From: Octopus sinensis
Taxonomy: Eukaryota
Assembly: GCF_006345805.1 (NCBI RefSeq)
Contig: NW_021827024.1
Span: forward strand, 1 to 11,149
Length of the DNA: 11,149 nt
Reading direction: 5' to 3'
The position numbers and the translations under genes were made by a program. Positions 8,793-11,149 of this stretch are shown in pieces. The notes beneath the pieces are model-generated. The model was not told the origin of the DNA. It worked only from the letters and a program-made list of their open reading frames with translations, and ran no database searches. How positions within the stretch are numbered: position 1 is the stretch's first letter; each line of letters opens with the position of its first letter.

Positions 8793-9622
8793 CTAGCAGA
8801 ATTGCCCGGCGTTGCTCGGGGCTGAATTGCTTGAAAGTACTGTTAATGATTGCACTGAATTATGATGATTATTCAGGCAAATATTGATATAAGTTTACGG
8901 GGGAGATAAGGACTTAACGATCAACGTGTGCCATTGCATTGTTTTGGGGGAACCAAATTTCTGATGAGCATTATAGGCACCAACTTTAAGTTTGAGAAAG
9001 TGTGGTGGTAGTCCGGGGTGCTCAAGGAATTGAGTACCTCTATTGGATATTGATGACGTCCTCTGGGCCAGGAGTTGTATCGATAGACTGATATACATAG
9101 ACTTCCCCAGGAATGAGTTTTCATTTCATCATTAATATGGTGAACAGTTTTATTCCTCGGGGCCAGTATAAGCCTTTTTGCCAATCCAATCCTATTCTGA
9201 TAATTAGCTTGTAGATCTGGGAACACTGCATCTCTGAGATCAGAAGGCGTCTTAACAATGGTACAATGGAATCGATGACAATATTACCATTTTCATCCCC
9301 TGGTATTTTGCCTCGCCAAGCAAGGAGGGTGTGAGGAAATGCTGCTGATGTGATATTACGTCGCATATGAGCACGCATATTGTGTGAAGTTTGAGAGTTA
9401 CTTCCCTTTATTAAAAAAATATGCATTAAAATGGAAAAAAATGATGGTAAATTATTTGTAAAATCGTAGACTCATCGTAGACGCGCGCTAATACCCAGAA
9501 GGGCTCGATATGAATCACAACTATAAGATACCCGGTTTTGGTTAAAACTGCATCGCAAAATGTGGGAGTAGTTAGGAATCTAAATCGAGTAGACAGACAC
9601 ACAACCTTTCTTTTATATATAA
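8793..9622 (-). mobile_element. Non-autonomous Helitron (internal deletion derivative)
   Basis: The minus-strand 3' end is a CCCG-AGCAACGC-CGGG hairpin (plus 8805-8820), 8 nt, then CTAG followed by T. The 5' end reads TTATATATAAAAG..., matching the TCTATATA-type start with a C>T change, preceded by A (AT target site). It contains an internal helicase fragment. Confidence 0.85.
8898..9400 (-). pseudogene. Frameshifted Pif1-family helicase fragment of Helitron RepHel
   Basis: Stitching minus frames gives KLHT-NMRAH...GKIPGDENGNI...VFPDLQANYQN...ILAPRN...LIPGEVYVYQSID...[47 protein letters not shown], the typical C-terminal part of Helitron helicases. No Walker A/B motif or HUH Rep domain is present. 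Confidence 0.9.
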
Positions 9623-10302
9623 TTTTTTCGTCCTAAAAAACTTTGTATGGATTGAATGGTTACCTCTATGGAAATATATACACGCACATTATAACATACA
9701 TCTGTGTATAGATGAATATATGAATACATTTAAATATCTATATACACTTTTAGGTGATCTTTCTGTTTCTTAGAGATAACTTTAGATCTTATTTTCGTCC
9801 TAAAAAACTTTGTATGGAGTTGAATGGTTACCTCTATGGAAATATATACACACACGTTATACATACATGTGTGCATAGATGAAATATAAAATACATTTAT
9901 ATATCTATTACACTTTTGGGCGATCTTTGTGCTACTTAGAGACAACTTTAGATCTTATTTTCGTCCTAAAAAACTTTGTGCGGAGTGAATGGTTACGTCT
10001 ATGGAAATATATACACACACATTATACATACATCTGTGTATAGATGAATATATAAATACATTTAAATATCTATATACACTTTTGGGCGATCTTTCTGCTA
10101 CTTGGATATACTTTAGATCTTTATTCGTCCTAAAAAACTTTGTATGGAGTGAAAGGTTACCCTCTGGAAATATATACACACACATTATACATACATCTGT
10201 GTATAGATGATATTAAATACATTTAAATATCTATATACACTTTGGGGCGATCTTTCTGCTACTTGGATATACTTTAGATCTTATATTCGTCGTAAAAACT
10301 TT
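9623..10302. repeat. Tandem array, ~165-bp unit, ~4.1 copies
   Basis: The anchor CGTCCTAAAAAACTTTGT recurs at 9629, 9796, 9962 and 10126, with a partial variant at 10288 (periods 167, 166, 164, 162). Confidence 0.95.
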
Positions 10303-10304
10303 CC

Positions 10305-10490
10305 TGTCACACACTCACAACACACGCACAACACAACACTCACACGCACCCTCACACACAACCAACCCACACACACCACACACACACTCCACACACGCAC
10401 ACACACACACTCACACACGCACCCTCACACACACACACACACGCACACACCCACACACACACTCACACACACGCCACACACACACCCGTT
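10305..10490. repeat. Degenerate (CA)n (others at 955-992, 2150-2180, 2750-2786, 6154-6240, 7723-7875)
   Basis: Directly visible dinucleotide runs. Confidence 0.95.
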
Positions 10491-10580
10491 AGCTTACACA
10501 TTTTATTTATATATTTGCGTGTCTATGTGTGTAAGAGGAAGTGGGAATGCAGAGTGAAAGAGTGAAATGGTAAAATATTT

Positions 10581-11053
10581 AGTTTTCTCTGAATTTTTCT
10601 AAAATGGGGGTGAAATTGAAAGAAATTTTGTATGCCATGACCGAATGGAAGTACTTTGAAAAATCATAGGTAAACTCTAATTGAAGAAATTGTGTGAGGA
10701 GTAATCGTTATGTATTTATTTGTTTCTGTTTGCTGTGTTGTTTTTTTTTTGAGTAGTGGTTTAAGGTACACTTCTCTCGTTTTATATAATCCTTTCATTT
10801 TAATCGTTGCACACTTGAAAGAAAAGGAGGAGAATTTAGGGTGATAGCATCAGTGAAGCAGTTCGCTTCCGTTTGTGTGTGTGCGTGTGTGTGTGCTGTA
10901 GCCCCACACTAAGAAAAGCACTTCACTTACACACCACAATGTGAGTTTTCTCGAAATTTTGCTTAATTGGGGTTGAAATTTTAAAAACTGAACCTGGCAT
11001 GACCGATGTATTCTACTCTTAAAAATGCTAGGTAAATTGTAAATTGAAGAAAT
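10581..11053 (+). repeat. Diverged 110-bp direct repeat pair (10581-10690, 10944-11053)
   Basis: Shared blocks AGTTTTCTC, TGAAATT, CATGACCGA, TAGGTAAA and AATTGAAGAAAT at matching spacing. Confidence 0.7.
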
Positions 11054-11149
11054 CCTATATTTGAATTTCTATAAGAGACAAAGGGAGGCAGATAAATCTG
11101 CCTTTTATAATAAGAGATGAAAAGACTATTTCCACAGCGAAAGGTCTTT

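Noticed and set aside
9623-10302. Regular array as a possible CRISPR
   Set aside because: Whole units are repeated with no unique spacers, in a eukaryotic context with no cas genes.

Overview
Repeat-saturated, non-coding animal DNA, most likely octopus (coleoid cephalopod). The species call rests on my recognition of the tRNA-derived SINE families and the very high microsatellite load, not on a database search. No complete protein-coding gene is present, and nearly all ORFs in the supplied track are microsatellite artefacts. Contents: about 10 tRNA-derived SINE copies or fragments from two families, almost all on the minus strand; an ~830-bp non-autonomous Helitron (8793-9622) with both ends recognisable and a frameshifted Pif1-type helicase fragment; a ~165-bp x4 tandem array abutting its 5' end; a short Penelope-like RT remnant (GLYRDDGL); many microsatellites; and one plausible 49-nt plus-strand exon. 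The most interesting signals are RNA-structural. Two minimal type I hammerhead ribozyme candidates lie at 4427-4486 (-) and 8697-8739 (+). An unclassified dispersed repeat is present twice (3207-3299 +, 5355-5447 -, 75% identical); its copies show compensatory base changes and retain hammerhead core motifs in a non-canonical arrangement.
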